From Ruditapes philippinarum (lineage: Eukaryota), in contig NW_026864062.1 in NCBI RefSeq assembly GCF_026571515.1, positions 1-64,000 of the forward strand: a stretch of 64,000 bases of DNA. The letters are read 5' to 3'. Position 1 is the stretch's first letter; each line of letters starts with the position of its first letter. Shown in pieces: positions 30,882 to 45,800 of this stretch. Position numbers and translations under genes: made by a program. Under the pieces are notes generated by a model, which did not search any database, was not told the origin of the DNA, and saw nothing but the letters and a program-made list of their open reading frames with translations.

Positions 30882-33800
30882 ATGAATCCACAACAGGATA
30901 GTGGAGAGCCTCCTAGCAAGAAACAAAGGTCAGACAGTGCAGATGATCCACTGGTGAAACATGACCCAGTTGCCATGGCAACAACTGCACTGACTTTACA
31001 AACAGTTCCAAGTACTCTACCAACAGTAGACTTAAATGACCCACTAGGTAAAAATGACATATTCATTTAGCTATATCTTTATAAAGAGGATATAAATACA
31101 GCTTTATACAGTAAACAACAAATCCCAGTCTGAGGTTATGGAATATTTGATTATTAACCTTTTTAATAAGTAATATTTTTTCATAAATTCGAAAATATTG
31201 GAAAGGGAAACCACTCCATACCTGTAACAAGGGGAGCTAGCATGAGCAGGTTTTTTTTTTAAAAAATGTAGCAAAATGATAATACATGTATGTCTAATTT
31301 TCATAAATGTACTTTATTACAAATACACAGGAAAAGGAAAAGCGTTACCAAGAGCAACTGTTGCTATAACAACAGGAAATGTTAGACCCAGTCTTCAGTC
31401 ACATACACAGGCTGTGACAAGTGACATAGTTATGAAGGTAAGCATAATTTCATGGTTGCAAGTTTTCAGGCATATGCCTGAAGCTCTGGGGGTTTTTTGT
31501 GACAAATTTCATCATGTTTTACTATTAGATTATGTAGAATTACAGTTTTCAGGTTTTTCGAAATCTTCAACTTGCAATTGTAATTGTAATTTTACTTTTG
31601 TCATCTGAAGGCATGCAGCTTAAAGTAACGCCAGAGCTAGAGAACAACAGCCTGCGGCACTGTGGTCTCCTAATTGCTAAACAATGAGATATATTTCATG
31701 TCATTTTTGTGATAAATACTCTTCAGTCTTTTTGTGCAACTCCTAGCCCCTACATTTCTTAAGGAATTTCAACTAAATTGTCACTCATAACCCTTTGTTG
31801 TTGTATATTTTCATGTATAACTGAAAGCAGGAAAACTGTTCTGCTCTTTACTTTAATTAGGCCTGAACTATTTTTGAAGGGATTTCCCAATTATTTTTTT
31901 GCAGAAAACCTTGTTTTGTGACCATTCCTGACACAATCATGTATAGTAACATGTTTGCATGTATTTATAACCACAGGCCTAATAGCGAATTTTTGTAAAA
32001 TCTCCATAGTGTTCTCAAATAGGGTTATCATTTAATTGAATTTGCTCATTAATTATTTTTATCTACTTATAATATTTCAGACACAACCTGTTCAAAGTGC
32101 CCGAATATCCATTACCAATCCCCAGTTTATAACCACTCAACAATATGTAAGTTATACAGTTTTGTTTTCATATAATTATTACTACCATTTAATGATAAAT
32201 GTAAATTGTTTAACTGTATCAGAAATCTTCTTTTAGTTTGATTTCTGCATGAAGTCAAGGCATTTTTTGTCAAAGTTGTGAAGGGCCTGTTCATTTTGTG
32301 AAAAAAAAGCACGATATGTCATAAAATTGTGGAAAAAAAAGACATATTACTTGGCATTTCACGAGATTTTGAAACCGGAAATGGTTGATTATAATTACTG
32401 ACCTGTGTAAAATCTGCTTCAAGTCGGTACATTAACCCGGTAAACATGTGCAAAAACCATTTAACTTTATTAAAACTATTTATGTGTTATTGCAATTAGC
32501 GTAAGTCAAGTTTTACTGGAAGGTAAACAATGTATTTCGAAGACAAAGTGCCAATATTTTGTGAAATCTCTTTTGAAATTGTGAAATTTTTCTGCTGCTT
32601 TGTGGAAAAAAAAGTGCAATTTTGAATTGTGAATGGGCCTTATACCAGCCCCTGTTCTAGAAGGGAAAAAAAGCCCTGGAAGTAATTTGTTGTTTTGTTG
32701 TTGATGGTTGTTTTAATAGACCATATTAGGTATTAGTTTTTTGTTGTTTTTTAACAAACTGTTTAAGGTATTTTCTTCAAACTTCAAAATATTTGTTGAT
32801 TATTAAGGGGAGGTAAGTCTTCCATGACTTCTGCAGAATTATCCCCCCTTTTCTATGTTGCTTTTATTTAAATATCCTTATGTGGAAACAATATTAAATG
32901 AGTTCTATCTGCCACAACCATTGTCAGGTCCAATGAGAAAAGGGCAAGGGTGCTGGGATCTGTAATTACAAAACATAAAGTAGTATGTTAAAAAGAAGTG
33001 CAATGATTGTGATTAAAAGTGCAGTGGTGTAGGAACTTAAAAATTTGTTGATGCATCAGGATTTTTGCTTGTCACACACATTTTCCTGTGCAAAGGAATA
33101 GTGTAGGATACCCAGGGACCTGTTAAAACAAAACTTAAAACAGACCATTAGATCAAACTGCATTGACATAGGTACTCTAACCTTTATACGTAGAGGCACC
33201 TTAAGTCTTATCTATTGGCAATGATCTTTTTCAGTTAAAAAGTCAAAGGTCAGGGTCACAATTAATTTAACGGTTTTGATTAATATGTGAATGCCTCTTA
33301 ATGAGAACTGCCTGTCAAGCCCATTTCAGGCCAAAGGTCAAGGCCAGTGTGGCCTAAATTAAAATTATCTCTTTATTTAGAAAAAGTGTAGTTAACTACC
33401 TTGAGAAAAGTTGTGTGTACTGCTCTTAGTATAGCTTTTGTTTTAAATATTTGAATTCCTAAATGTTTTAATTTTAGATGTTTAAACTTTTATTCTTTTT
33501 TCGTTGACAGATTCCAATACAGCAGACATCAGATGGTACATTTACGTTTCAGCTTACTCCAGGTTCTTATGGTAGCCAGCCAAAGTCTCCAGTCACCCCT
33601 CCAACAAGTATGACCTTGACCTCTGCTGGGGCACCAAGATATCCTTCCCCTCAGATCATTACACTCCCTAGCAGAACAACTGTTGCAAATACTACAAGTG
33701 CAAAACCAGTCAAGCCCACTTTGACAGTAGTGGATGCCAGGAACCAGCAACCAGTCCAAAGGGTGATACAGTCTGATGGTGGTAAACCAGTGGAACCAGT

Positions 33801-36800
33801 CAAATTAGGGCCTGGGCAAACACAGATAAGTTTCCAAGTTCCACTTAATTGGAATACACAAGGATCTAAATCTTTACTAGACAATTCAAAAACTGTATCA
33901 TTAGTGCCATTAAACCCTTCAGAACCAAACTCACGTTCATTGTTGCAAGGGAATGAGACAATGACGTCACAGAGTGGTGTTGCAAATATAACTGTTCCAA
34001 AAGTTACTCTCTCTGGGGTGCCTAATACAGCACCTAAAACATACATTACTGGAAATAAAGTTTTTGGAAATTTAGGCACTGGTCAAGTGATTACACAAAC
34101 AACAACTGGATTAATAGCAGTTACAAAACCTGGTCAAACAGCATCCATCGCCCGAATTCCAAAAGGTTCTTTCATGATCAGCAACAAACAGTATACAATA
34201 GTTCCATCAAGTACTGCCCCTGTTGTAACCCAACTTGTGAAAACTGAAAAATTAAGTAAAGGTAAAGTCACCATGGCTGAAGCTCAGATAATGTTACCCA
34301 CTGGACCAGCTAAGATTTCATGGCCATTACAGACGCAAACTTGCTCTTCTGACAGTAAACACATCTTGATAACAACTCCTGGACAAGCATTGGCTGGAAA
34401 AACAGCAATTCCTAAAACTCATTTGGTTGTCACAACAAGTGATTCTAATATCAAAGTCTCCAACATTTCACCAGCAGTCCCAACAGCTAAAGTTGTAGAA
34501 GTTGGATCACCTAATAAAGTTGCCATGGCAACAGGAATTCAAGCTGTTGGGCAGAAAATGAATGCACCTACCACCAAAACAAGCATAATACCAGCCCAGA
34601 AGAACTGGGAGTTAGTAAAACAAAGTTCTCAATTGTTGCCAGGTAACTCATCAAAATCTCCTTCTCCTGTTGTTGGAAACAAAAATGGTAGTAAAGTTGA
34701 AGATAAAGTTCATAAGGATACAGTTACTGATGTTAAACAAGCAAATGATAAACATGTAAAAACTGATGTTGAAACAAAAGGAAAAACAATGGAAAATAAA
34801 GAGAAAAATGTTAATAAAGGAAGAAATGAAATGGATAATAGTGGTTTGTCAAAGAAACAAGTATCAAGGAGTGATTCAAGCAATGGAATAGAATCAAAGG
34901 AATTTAAGGAAGGAATTGAAACCACTCAGAATGACAACAGTAATGACAGTGTAGAAATAAAACTGGAGAATGTGAAAGATAACTCTGAAAAGATGGATGT
35001 TGATGATGTAAATATGGAATCTGTTAAAGAAGAGGCCGATCAAGGGGAAAGAAAAGATAAAAAGGAAGATTTTAATCCTATGGATGCTATGATATGGAAT
35101 AATGGTATAGGGGAATTACCAGGCAGTAATTTAAAGGTAAGTTCTTGATTTAGTCTTAGATTCTGTATATACTAAATTTTGCCTGAGGACGCATAAACAT
35201 AATTGATAGTAAACAAACATAAATTCATGTGCCAGCAAGTGATAACAGCATAAGCTGGTTGGATCCAGTCAATTGGAAGAAAAAAAAGGTCGTTACTGAA
35301 GTACTTGTGCCAAGTTGCTTAAGCCTCATAGTTAAGTACATAAATAACTAAAGGGATATATCTTTCTTTTGCTGTATCAGAGGTTACTATTTTGGTATGG
35401 TCACTGGATAAGGGTTTAATGTAATTGAATAAGTGATGTTGCCTTGATTGTAAAGTTAATGGAGTAAAAATTGAGATTTAATAGTGAATTTTTTTTCTTT
35501 TCATATTTAACCAGTTTCTAAATTATTATAGGAAAATACATTTGTATGTATAGAAATGCTCAGAAAAGTTAATAACGTATGTGATAATTATGTAAATATG
35601 TATACATATTGAAATGTAAATCTGAGTTTTCTGATATTTTTCCAGTTCCATTTGAATGATCTCGGTATTCTTGAAGTTTTGAATGATGACCTTGAATGTA
35701 ATGAGACCTTGAATACAAGTGATGAGTTAGATCATATAGAGACTACAAATGACACAGAGAAAGAACCCAAACAAGAAAAGAAGACAGAAAAGCTAGAGCC
35801 GGGAAGTAAGCAGGGTAAAATGCTAAGTAATTCTGATTATATGATGATTGATCATATTTTTATATTTTTGAAATTTTATTGAAATTGTGTAATCTATGCT
35901 TAAGGTGAGCTATTGTAAGACCCGAATAATGGATGTCTGTTGTTAAAATTTTTATTTAAGGTAAACAACATATTACCCTGAACCACAATCCTGATGAAAC
36001 TATACCAGACTTGTGTGATTCAGTATCAAATTTGCACAAATGGTTCTGGTCTGCTGAACAATATGGGCACCAAAGTTGAAAAACTTTTAAACAACATCTC
36101 AACTACTTGGTAGTTATCGATGAATCTGTGCAGCTGAATGATCAATCCTTTAAAAATTGCTCAAATGGCTCTAGTTTGTTGAACAAGAAGTGGCTGCCAG
36201 AGCTACATTGTAAAACTGAAGATGAAATTTAAATGACATCTTCTCCTCAGTCTCTTGGTCAAAAGTGATAAAAATATTTCCATGTACTGGCTTTTGATGA
36301 AACTAAACAGGAATGATCTTAAGGTGGTCCTCTTTAAGGATGTCATATCTCAAAATAGAAAAAGCCTATAAATGACATCCCTTCCTCAACCACTTGGAAG
36401 ATTTTGATGAAACTGTCCAGCAATGATCAATATGGTCCTTCTGTAAGTGTCAGTGGTTTTGGTCTGTTAAACAAGATCAGAACAAGAGCTATATTTATAA
36501 ATAAGCTTTAAATCACAACTCCTCCTGATTTGATACTTTGGCACAAGAATCCTTTAAGAAGAATTAACTGAATTTGACCTTGACCTTTAGTTTACCTTGA
36601 GATTTAAGGTCTCCATTGAGGCAATAGTGCTTTGATCAGACTTAAGCTTTGTACAAAATTACCTGAAATGAAAAATAAATTCATTTATCACATCATTGTA
36701 GAAACGTATCCAACACTGTAGTTTCAAAATTGAAAACAACAAATTAATGATTCCCTAAAAGTAACAAAATGATGTTATAAGCGTATTCTCAAATTTTTAT

Positions 36801-39800
36801 GCCCCTGCCATATAGTGTTACCCTGTTCCGTCCTTCCGTCCTTCTGTCATTCCGTCATTCTGTCATTCCGTCATCATCAGTTTCCGTTCATTATCTTAGA
36901 AACTGTTGCACGTATTCAACTCAAATTTGACATATGGATATGTCATGAGAAAATACAGGTCAAGTTCGAATTTGGTCATGGTTCGATGATTTTTGGCAGA
37001 GTTATGCCCCTTTTACTTTAAAATAATATGAAATTTTCAGTTTCCGTTCATTATCTCCCCAACGGTACAACACATTCAACTCAAACTTGACATATGGATA
37101 TGTCATGATAAAATACAGGTCAAGTTCGAATTTGGTCATGGTTCGATGATTTTTGGCAGAGTTATGCCCCTTTTACTTTGAAAATAATATGAAATTTTCA
37201 GTTTCCGTTCATTATCTCCCCAACGGTACAACACATTCAACTCAAATTTGACATATGGATATATCATGAGAAAATACAGGTCAAGTTCGAATTTGGTCAT
37301 GGTTTGATGATTTTTGGCAGAGTTATGCCCCTTTCACTTTGAAAATAATATGAAATTTTCAGTTTCTGTTTATTATCTCCCCAACGGTACAACACATTCA
37401 ACTCAAATTTGACATATGGATATGTTTTTGGAATGCCCAGGCCAAGTTTGAATTTGGTTATGGTTCAATGATTTTTGGCAGATTAATGCCCCTTTCACTT
37501 TGAAAATAATATGAAATTTACAGTTTCTGTTCATTATCTACCCAACAGTGTTACATATTAAGCTCAAATTTGACATATGGATATGTCAAAGGAAGGCACA
37601 GGTCAAGTTGGAATTTGGTCATGGTTCGATGATTTTTGGCAGAGTTATGTCCCTTTCACTTTGAAAATAATATAGATACATCTTAGGAATAAGCAGTTTA
37701 AGTTTGAATTTGGTCGTGGTTCAATGATTTTGGACAAACTTATCTTTCTTGAATGTTGGAAAAAGTTTGAACTTTCAGTTTCAGCACTCATACTTTTGTG
37801 GAAATGTATGTAGCCATTATTTTGGCTACAAATATGAAATACGCTTTTTTCAAAAGGTTAAGACTGAATAATTTCAGTGCCTTGAACATTGTATGAAATG
37901 GTTTGTGTTAACATTGAAAAGTTTTAAGGGCTTTGAACTTAAAATGAAAAAAATAATTTGTGCAAACAAATTTGGAACTAAATATTATAACATCTGAAAT
38001 TTTGGCTGCATGCGGGGGCATCCGTGGCATGATGACACATTTCTAGTTTATAGTAGCAATTTCAAACTTAAGTATCTGTGTAACAACATACAAAATAATT
38101 CCGTGAATATGATATCAACAATATAATAAGCATATCCTCAATATTCATCAATAGTAATTTCTAACTGTCAGTATCTGTAATACTTGGTATATCATTTCTC
38201 TCTTTGAATGCATAATATGCATACATAGCATACATTGTTGTAACATTTTCAGAGCGAGAGCACATTAGAACATTAAATTTATGATTATTAAGATTATTAA
38301 AGAATCTTTGTCAATATAACTTTCTCTTTTCAAAGACAACTTTATACAAACTAAAACAAGATGATATTCATCGTGACAAAATTTACATATCCTTTGTTCT
38401 CTTAAAATATCCGGTATCTACCTTTTTCAATTTCTAAATCTTGGGAGGAAAACCGAAGTTTAGCAAGCATTTGAATTTTCAAATTGTCACTACTGTTAAG
38501 TAATATTCATTTTCAATATTGCGTTTAAACTGTCTATATGCATACAAATTAGAACTATCATTTATAATTGTTTGCCATTCTTGTAAATATTGGTCCCTTA
38601 ATTTTTGTACAAAGGAATTTACAAAAAATTCTTCATTATTGACTGTTTGATTATACCAAATGTAACCAAAACCAATTTTTACACAAATTTACACAAATTT
38701 TTTCAGAGTTATACTTACACTCATTCAATATCCTCTATGTATCATATGGCGGGGATATTAATTCAACAAAATTGCTTGTAACATCTAAATGCATTGTTTT
38801 ATTCAAAATCAATATCATTATTTAGTATATGTTTCACAATTGGTTTTTTGTTTTATTGATAATATTACATGAATGTAACAGTTTTATTATACACGTATAT
38901 ATGTGTTAACGGTTGGAGTAGAAAATAATCAAATAAACTATCAATGACTTGGCATGGAATCTGCTGGACTTATCAAAGGTGTACATATGTGTACATATGA
39001 TGCTAAAATAACTGTGATTTAGTTTAAAATGTCATTAACATATGTTTTAGGAACCTCTAAAGAAGTAAGCAACAAGGATGAGATAAGTCAGTGTGAAAAT
39101 TGTGCCGAATACGGTTTCACAACAGACTTTTATAAAGATGGCCGCTTTTGCAGTCAGACATGTATTCGAGCTTTCGAAAGCAAGTAAGTAAGAAATGTTT
39201 TGAAAACTCCGGGGATATTTTCTTTTTATTATTTTCATAAGGTCAATAAAGTCGTGAAGTTTTGTTTATTGGACATCCATATGTGAGACAACCTGTGTTA
39301 ATTTGTACTGAGCATTTATACTAAACAATATATGACAAATTGTCGTACAAACTGACTTATTTTGTTGGTAGTCTGTCTTTCTTTCTGTCTCTCTGTCTGT
39401 TCATGCATTTTGGTACTTAAGTAGCTACCAGAACAATTATAATTATGTAACTGTACTTTTTCTTTGATGTCATTCATTCTGTAAGCTCTCTTATTCAAGA
39501 TTCTTCAAAAATGATTGCTCCAAAATACTTTATAAGACACTATAACTGTAGATAAATTTAAAAGTCATTCTCACACTCTGCCCTCTTGTTTTAATATTTT
39601 CATTTTGGTTTATATTTTTGGCCTTTATTATGCCCCCGCCATGTAATGGCCAGGGCATATAGTGTTACCCTGTTCCGTCCTTCCGTCATTCTGTCATTCC
39701 GTCATCATCAGTTTCCGTTCATTATCTCCCCAACGGTACAACACATTCAACGCAAATTTGACATATGGATATGTCATGAGAAAATACAGGTCAAGTTCGA

Positions 39801-42800
39801 ATTTGGTCATGGTTCGATGATTTTTGGCAGAGTTATGCCCCTTTTACTTTGAAAATAATATGAAATTTTCAGTTTCCGTTCATTATCTCCGAAACGGTAC
39901 AACACATTCAACTCAAATTTGACATATGGATATGTCATGAGAAAATACAGGTCAAGTTCGAATTTGGTCATGGTTCGATGATTTATGGCAGAGTTATGCC
40001 CCTTTTACTTTGAAAATAATATGAAATTTTCAGTTTCCTTTCATTATCTCCCCAACGGTACAACACATTCAACTCAAATTTGACATATGTATATGTCATG
40101 AGAAAATACAGGTCAAGTTCGAATTTGGTCATGGTTCGATGATTTTTGGCAGAGTTATGCCCCTTTTACTTTGAAAATAATATGAAATTTTCAGTTTCTG
40201 TCATTATCTCCCCAACGGTACAACACATTCAACTCAAATTTGACATATGGATATGTCATGAGAAAATACAGGTCAAGTTCGAATTTGGTCATGGTTCGAT
40301 GATTTTTGGTAGAGTTATGCCCCTTTTACTTTGAAAATAATGTGAAATTTTCAGTTTACGTTCATTATCTCCCAAACGGTACAACACATTCAACTCAAAT
40401 TTGACATATGGATATGTCATGAGAAAATACAGGTAAAGTTCGAATTTGGTCATGGTACGATGATTTTTGGCAGAGTTATGCCCCTTTTTCTTTGTAAATA
40501 ATGTGAAATTTTCAGTTTCCGTTCATTATCTCCCCAACAGTACAACACATTCAACTCAAATTTGACATATGGATATGTCATGAGAAAATACAGGTAAAGT
40601 TCGAATTTGGTCATGGTACGATGATTTTTGGCAGAGTTATGCCCCTTTTTCTTTGTAAATAATGTGAAATTTTCAGTTTCCGTTCATTATCTCCCCAACA
40701 GTACAACACATTCAACTCAAATTTGACATATGGATATGTTTCTGGAATGCACAGGCCAAGTTTGAATTTGGTTATGGTTCAATGATTTTTGGCAGAGTAA
40801 TGCCCCTTTCACTTTGAAAATAATATGAAATTTACAGTTTCTGTTCATTATCTACCCAACAGTGTTACATATTCAACTCAAATTTGACATATGGATATGT
40901 CAAAGGAATGGGCAGGTAAAGATTGGAATTTGGTCATGGTTCGATGATTTTTTGGCAGAGTTATGTCCCTTTCACTTTGAAAATAATATAGATACGTCTT
41001 AGGAATAAGCAGTTTAAGTTTGAATTTGGTCATGGTTTAATGATTTTGGACAACCTTATCTTTCTTGAATATTGGAAATTTTTTGAACTTTTTGTTTCAG
41101 CACTCATACGTTTGTGGAAATGTATGTATAGCCATTATTTTGGCTACAAATATGAAATATGCTATTTTCAAAAGGTTAAGACTGAATAATTTCAGTGCCT
41201 TGAATATTGTATGAAAATGGTTTGTGTTAACACTGAAAAGTTTAAAGGGCTTTGAACTTAAAATGAAAACAATAATTTGTGCAAACAAATTTGGAACTAA
41301 ATATTATAACATCTGAAATTTTGGCTGCATGCGGGGGCATCCGTGGCATGTTGACACATTTCTAGTTGGAAATGATTTAACTTTCTGCAATCAGAATTAA
41401 AGCAGGCCAGCTTGCTGAATAAAACCTGGAATTTATTTTTGAAAAATCTGTCAATTGTTTTGTCTTAAATCTGTAAAACAAGCTGACACACTAACATCTG
41501 TTCTATTTCTGACATTAATTGTTCCCGTGATATTGATTTTATAAATTATTTTATATTTCAAATGTTTCCTATATTTAACATATTCTCTGCATAAATTTCA
41601 TTTTCATTTTTCGTTAGCTAGTTTACTATGATTGTACTGTATTAAAAATGTTGTCTAATATTCCAATTGGAATATAGATATTCTAGAATGCCTGATAGAA
41701 TAACTGATATTGTGTATTTTATCTTTGTTTCAAGAAATGTTTCAGTTAAAAAAATTTAAGTTAATCTTACAGAAAGCAAACTTCTGACATTAATTCTAAA
41801 GTCATTTTTGCAGGAAAAAAAACAGTTAAAAGTGTATGAAATATGTGCTTATGTGTGGATTTTGAATAAATTATGCTTGGAGGAATTTCTATCATTGGTA
41901 AATTTGTGTGTTTTGATTTAAAATGTTCATCAACAATATTTTAAAGTTAAACAAGAAATAATTGTAGCAGTGCATAAAAATTAAAAATCTTTATTTTGAA
42001 GATCTTATTCCTGAAACAAAGGAAAGGTTGAAACTTTTATGTGTGATGATTTTCAGACATATGAGGGAAGTGAAAAAGCAAGGAACTATGTCAAAGATGA
42101 TACTTAACATGAAAAAAGGGAAGAAAAAGTTGCTGTTAAAAGATGGCGTACCCAAAGATAGAGATGTCAAAGCTGATCCTCCTACTCCAGGTTAGTGAAC
42201 AAAATTGTTTATTTAAAATTTAGTTTATTACAGAATTTATTTTAGTTTGATTGTTTAGGAAACTATAAGCTTATAGATAGTCGAAGGTCGGCATGAGACA
42301 ACGACCACCAATGTCATTTTACAAGTGACATCAAAAGGCATTAACATTGTCAATGATGTTAAGAATAAAAAAGTGAATTGCCCTTGAAATGTTAACAGGG
42401 CTTCCATTAGGTTTCAACAATTGTAGGTTAAAAGACTGCAAATTGACATTGGAAGTCACATTTTATAGGTAATGAGGGGAAAGTATTATATTTTGGAAGC
42501 CACAAGCCAAAATCAAGGAGTAAATGACTCCCAAACTTCCACTTTTGGAAGCCCTACGTTAAAAATAAATATGAATAGGTACTGAAAGCAAATTTCTGAA
42601 TTTTATAAAATTGAATATCCTAAAGAATAGAAATGTCAATTTTAAAGAAATAATGAGTGGCATTCAGTGTTGTTTTCCAATACAGACATTATTACCCTCT
42701 TGAATCTGTTCCTAGAACCAACCAGTATTGAGCAATGAGTTAAAAGTTTCTTGCTCACTGAAACAACAGCTTGCCCGTGACAGACGTTCAACCCAGGTGG

Positions 42801-45800
42801 ATAGTGATCCTTTGATTACTAATCCTATGCATTACCCACTTGGCCATGCTGCAACATACTGTGTAATTGCTACAAAATACTGTGTAATAACACATATATT
42901 GTGCATTATTTCATACAAATCCTGATGGGCCGTTACCTAACACATGTTCCTAAATTATGTTGTTTTACTACTTTGTATAACTCGTCTTCTTGACCACCTA
43001 AATAAAATGAAACTGTGGTCACCTTTGCTTTATCTACAGAAATCACTATGTTTAGATCTACATAAGATTTTTTTTTCAATATTTAGTTACAAAATATTTA
43101 AGATTTACTGTTTAGTTAAGAGTTCAGACACTATGCTTTTTAAATGTAACTGAATGTTTAAAAGAATAATTTTGATTTTCTCATTTTATTGTAGGCAAGA
43201 AATCCAAAGCGTTTGTTTGGACAAGATATCTTGAACAGGAAAAAGCTGTAGAAGCCCCAGCAAGACTTTTTAAAAATGTAAGTTAAGAATATTCTATTGG
43301 GGTTATTTGGGAGCATAGTCAGGGGAGAGAATACTGTTTTTAAATTCTTGAAGAAACAGTTGCTATTTTGAAATGGCTAAAGTAAAATATAATAGTTTAA
43401 ATAAATGTATGAGGTCATTCTTACTTTAAGGCACACTAAAAAGTTTTCTTGTATCTTTTCAGCCATTCCCCTCGGTGAAAAATAATTTCCGTATTGGAAT
43501 GAAATTGGAAGGTGTCGACCCAATGCACCAATCAAAGTTCTGTGTTCTCAGTGTAGCGGAGGTCAGTGGGTACAGAGTGAGGCTACATTTTGATGGTTAT
43601 TCTGAATGCTTTGATTTCTGGTTAGATATTGACTCTCCTTTTATATTTCCTGTCGGATTTTGTGAAAAACTTGGGAAAACTCTCCAGCCACCTAAAGGTA
43701 AGGAACATGAAACCTATCTTCAGAGGTGTCTTGTGTTCTTCATGTGCATGTATTATAATATAAAAGTTAATAACTATGTGAATAACTCATTTTTTGGGGA
43801 TCTATTATACAGTTTTGAATGCTATGAATTTGATATTATATTGCTTGACAAAATGATTTTAGTTGTTGACTTGGTGTTTGCACTGAACTGCCTGAGTTGG
43901 CATGAAATAATGTGAAAAGGGGTATTTTTGTCTTGTATAAAGTATGAACTGCCTGAAAAATTTGACCATAAGGCTTAACTATGATATTTAAACTTAAAGC
44001 TCTTTCTGAACAATAGAAATAATGAAAAAACAGAAAATAGTTATTTTGATTGTTTTACACTGATAGACTTGACATTTCTGAATTTAATTTTAGTCGTCAG
44101 TCAAAAAATTATGGTGATGTATGTTTATTTATTTTATTATTTATATTTAAAATATGAACTTTACTTTCCCAGGATTCAGTGTGGATGAGTTCTCATGGAC
44201 ATCTTACTTGAAGTTAACCAAGGGTGTACCAGCACCAAAATCTCTTTTCTCAAATCAGCCAGTTCAGGTAACATTTCTGTCTTATCTGTCATATTAGAAT
44301 TAATTTATGAAGCAAGTTATTTAAATTATATTTAGTTAATCTATATTATTGAGACTGCTTCCTCGAGCTAACAGTTACTAGTTCCATATGAAAAACCAAG
44401 TTGAGACCCATATATGGCTTAAACACCCCATTCTTGGTTTGAGTGGCAGAGTTCTTAGCCCTAATGTATTTGCTCATACTTCAATGGACTTGAAACAAAG
44501 ATTTAAATCTCAAAGAAGAAAAATCAGAAATTGCTGATGAAACTTAAAGTTAAAAAATTGCTATTTATTTTATTTTTTTCTGTAATGCCAAACTGTTCTC
44601 TTTTGATTTATATTTCAAAATAGGCATTTATTAAGATTTTAGAAAAGTGAAAAAAAGATGATATAGGCCTAACATGCTAAATTCTGTGACAAATTGGCAG
44701 TAATTATCAGTAAATGCATTCTGTATGGTTTCAGTCTGTAACCCCAAACTTGTTCCGTGTTGGTAGCAAGCTGGAAGCTGTAGACAAGAAGAATTCCTCA
44801 TTGATATGCGTGGCGAGTGTAGCAGATACTCTCGGTGACAAAGTTCTGATACATTTTGACAGCTGGGAAGATAACTACGACTACTGGTGTGATATGACAT
44901 CACCATTTATACATCCAATCGGATACTGTGAGGAGACTGAACTAGTACTGTCACCACCTCTAGGTTAGTAACCTCTAAATTTAATGTGAAGAAAATGAAC
45001 TACGTTAGTAATTACTAAATTCAAAGTAAAGTGAATGATATAGTGCTGTTGCCACCTCTAGTCTAAGGTCACAGTTTCCTAGCCTCTTGTTATTCAATGC
45101 AAATCATAGAGTTCATAAGAATCTGTGTAATGACCATGAAGTTTTGATGAATACAATTTGTCCTTTAACAATGATTAAAATGAGGTATGTGATGAAATTG
45201 CCAGTATCATGTCCTAAAACTGTAACATATTACTTTGGTCCAGAAAGCAGACTTAATTTTAACAGCATGTAATATGTAATACTGGTTCAACTGGTGTAAA
45301 ACTTCATTAGGTTTGAAAAATTCATTAGGAGAGGATTATGAATTAATAAAAGTATATTATAAAATAATTATCTCTTATTTAAACCAAATAAAAAGCAGCT
45401 ATAATTGTAAGAATGCAACTGATGTACTTGTAACTAGATTTCAATTTTATCGATTATTTTGTTATTTCAGATTGGAAAGATGTAACTTTGTTCTCGTGGG
45501 AAAAGTTCCTTAATAAAACAAAATCACAGCAAGTGCCTGCAAGGGCCTTTAAACCTGTAAGTGAATCACATGATTATTATAATGTTAAAGATCTAATCGA
45601 AGCTTTTCTGTTTGATAATTACTAGCAAGAAGGCTTTGTTTAAAATAGACTTGGAAATTCATATACATGTAGATTGCTTATTACAGCATTCCTATCTCCT
45701 GGAATACAAACTGAAATGTAATCGTAGCGTTTATTTTATACTACTCTACAGATACAGAATGAGTCTCACATACACTAGTGGATTATACACCAAGGTCTTT

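Noticed and set aside
33610-35148. 512-aa ORF as a stand-alone gene, or as a novel N-terminal extension
   Set aside because: It splices in phase into the L3MBTL motif (GSNLK|FHLNDLG), and long low-complexity N-termini also occur in other invertebrate l(3)mbt proteins.
39700-41050. Regularly spaced repeats as a CRISPR array
   Set aside because: The units are contiguous tandem copies with no unique spacers, there are no cas genes, and the context is a eukaryotic intron.
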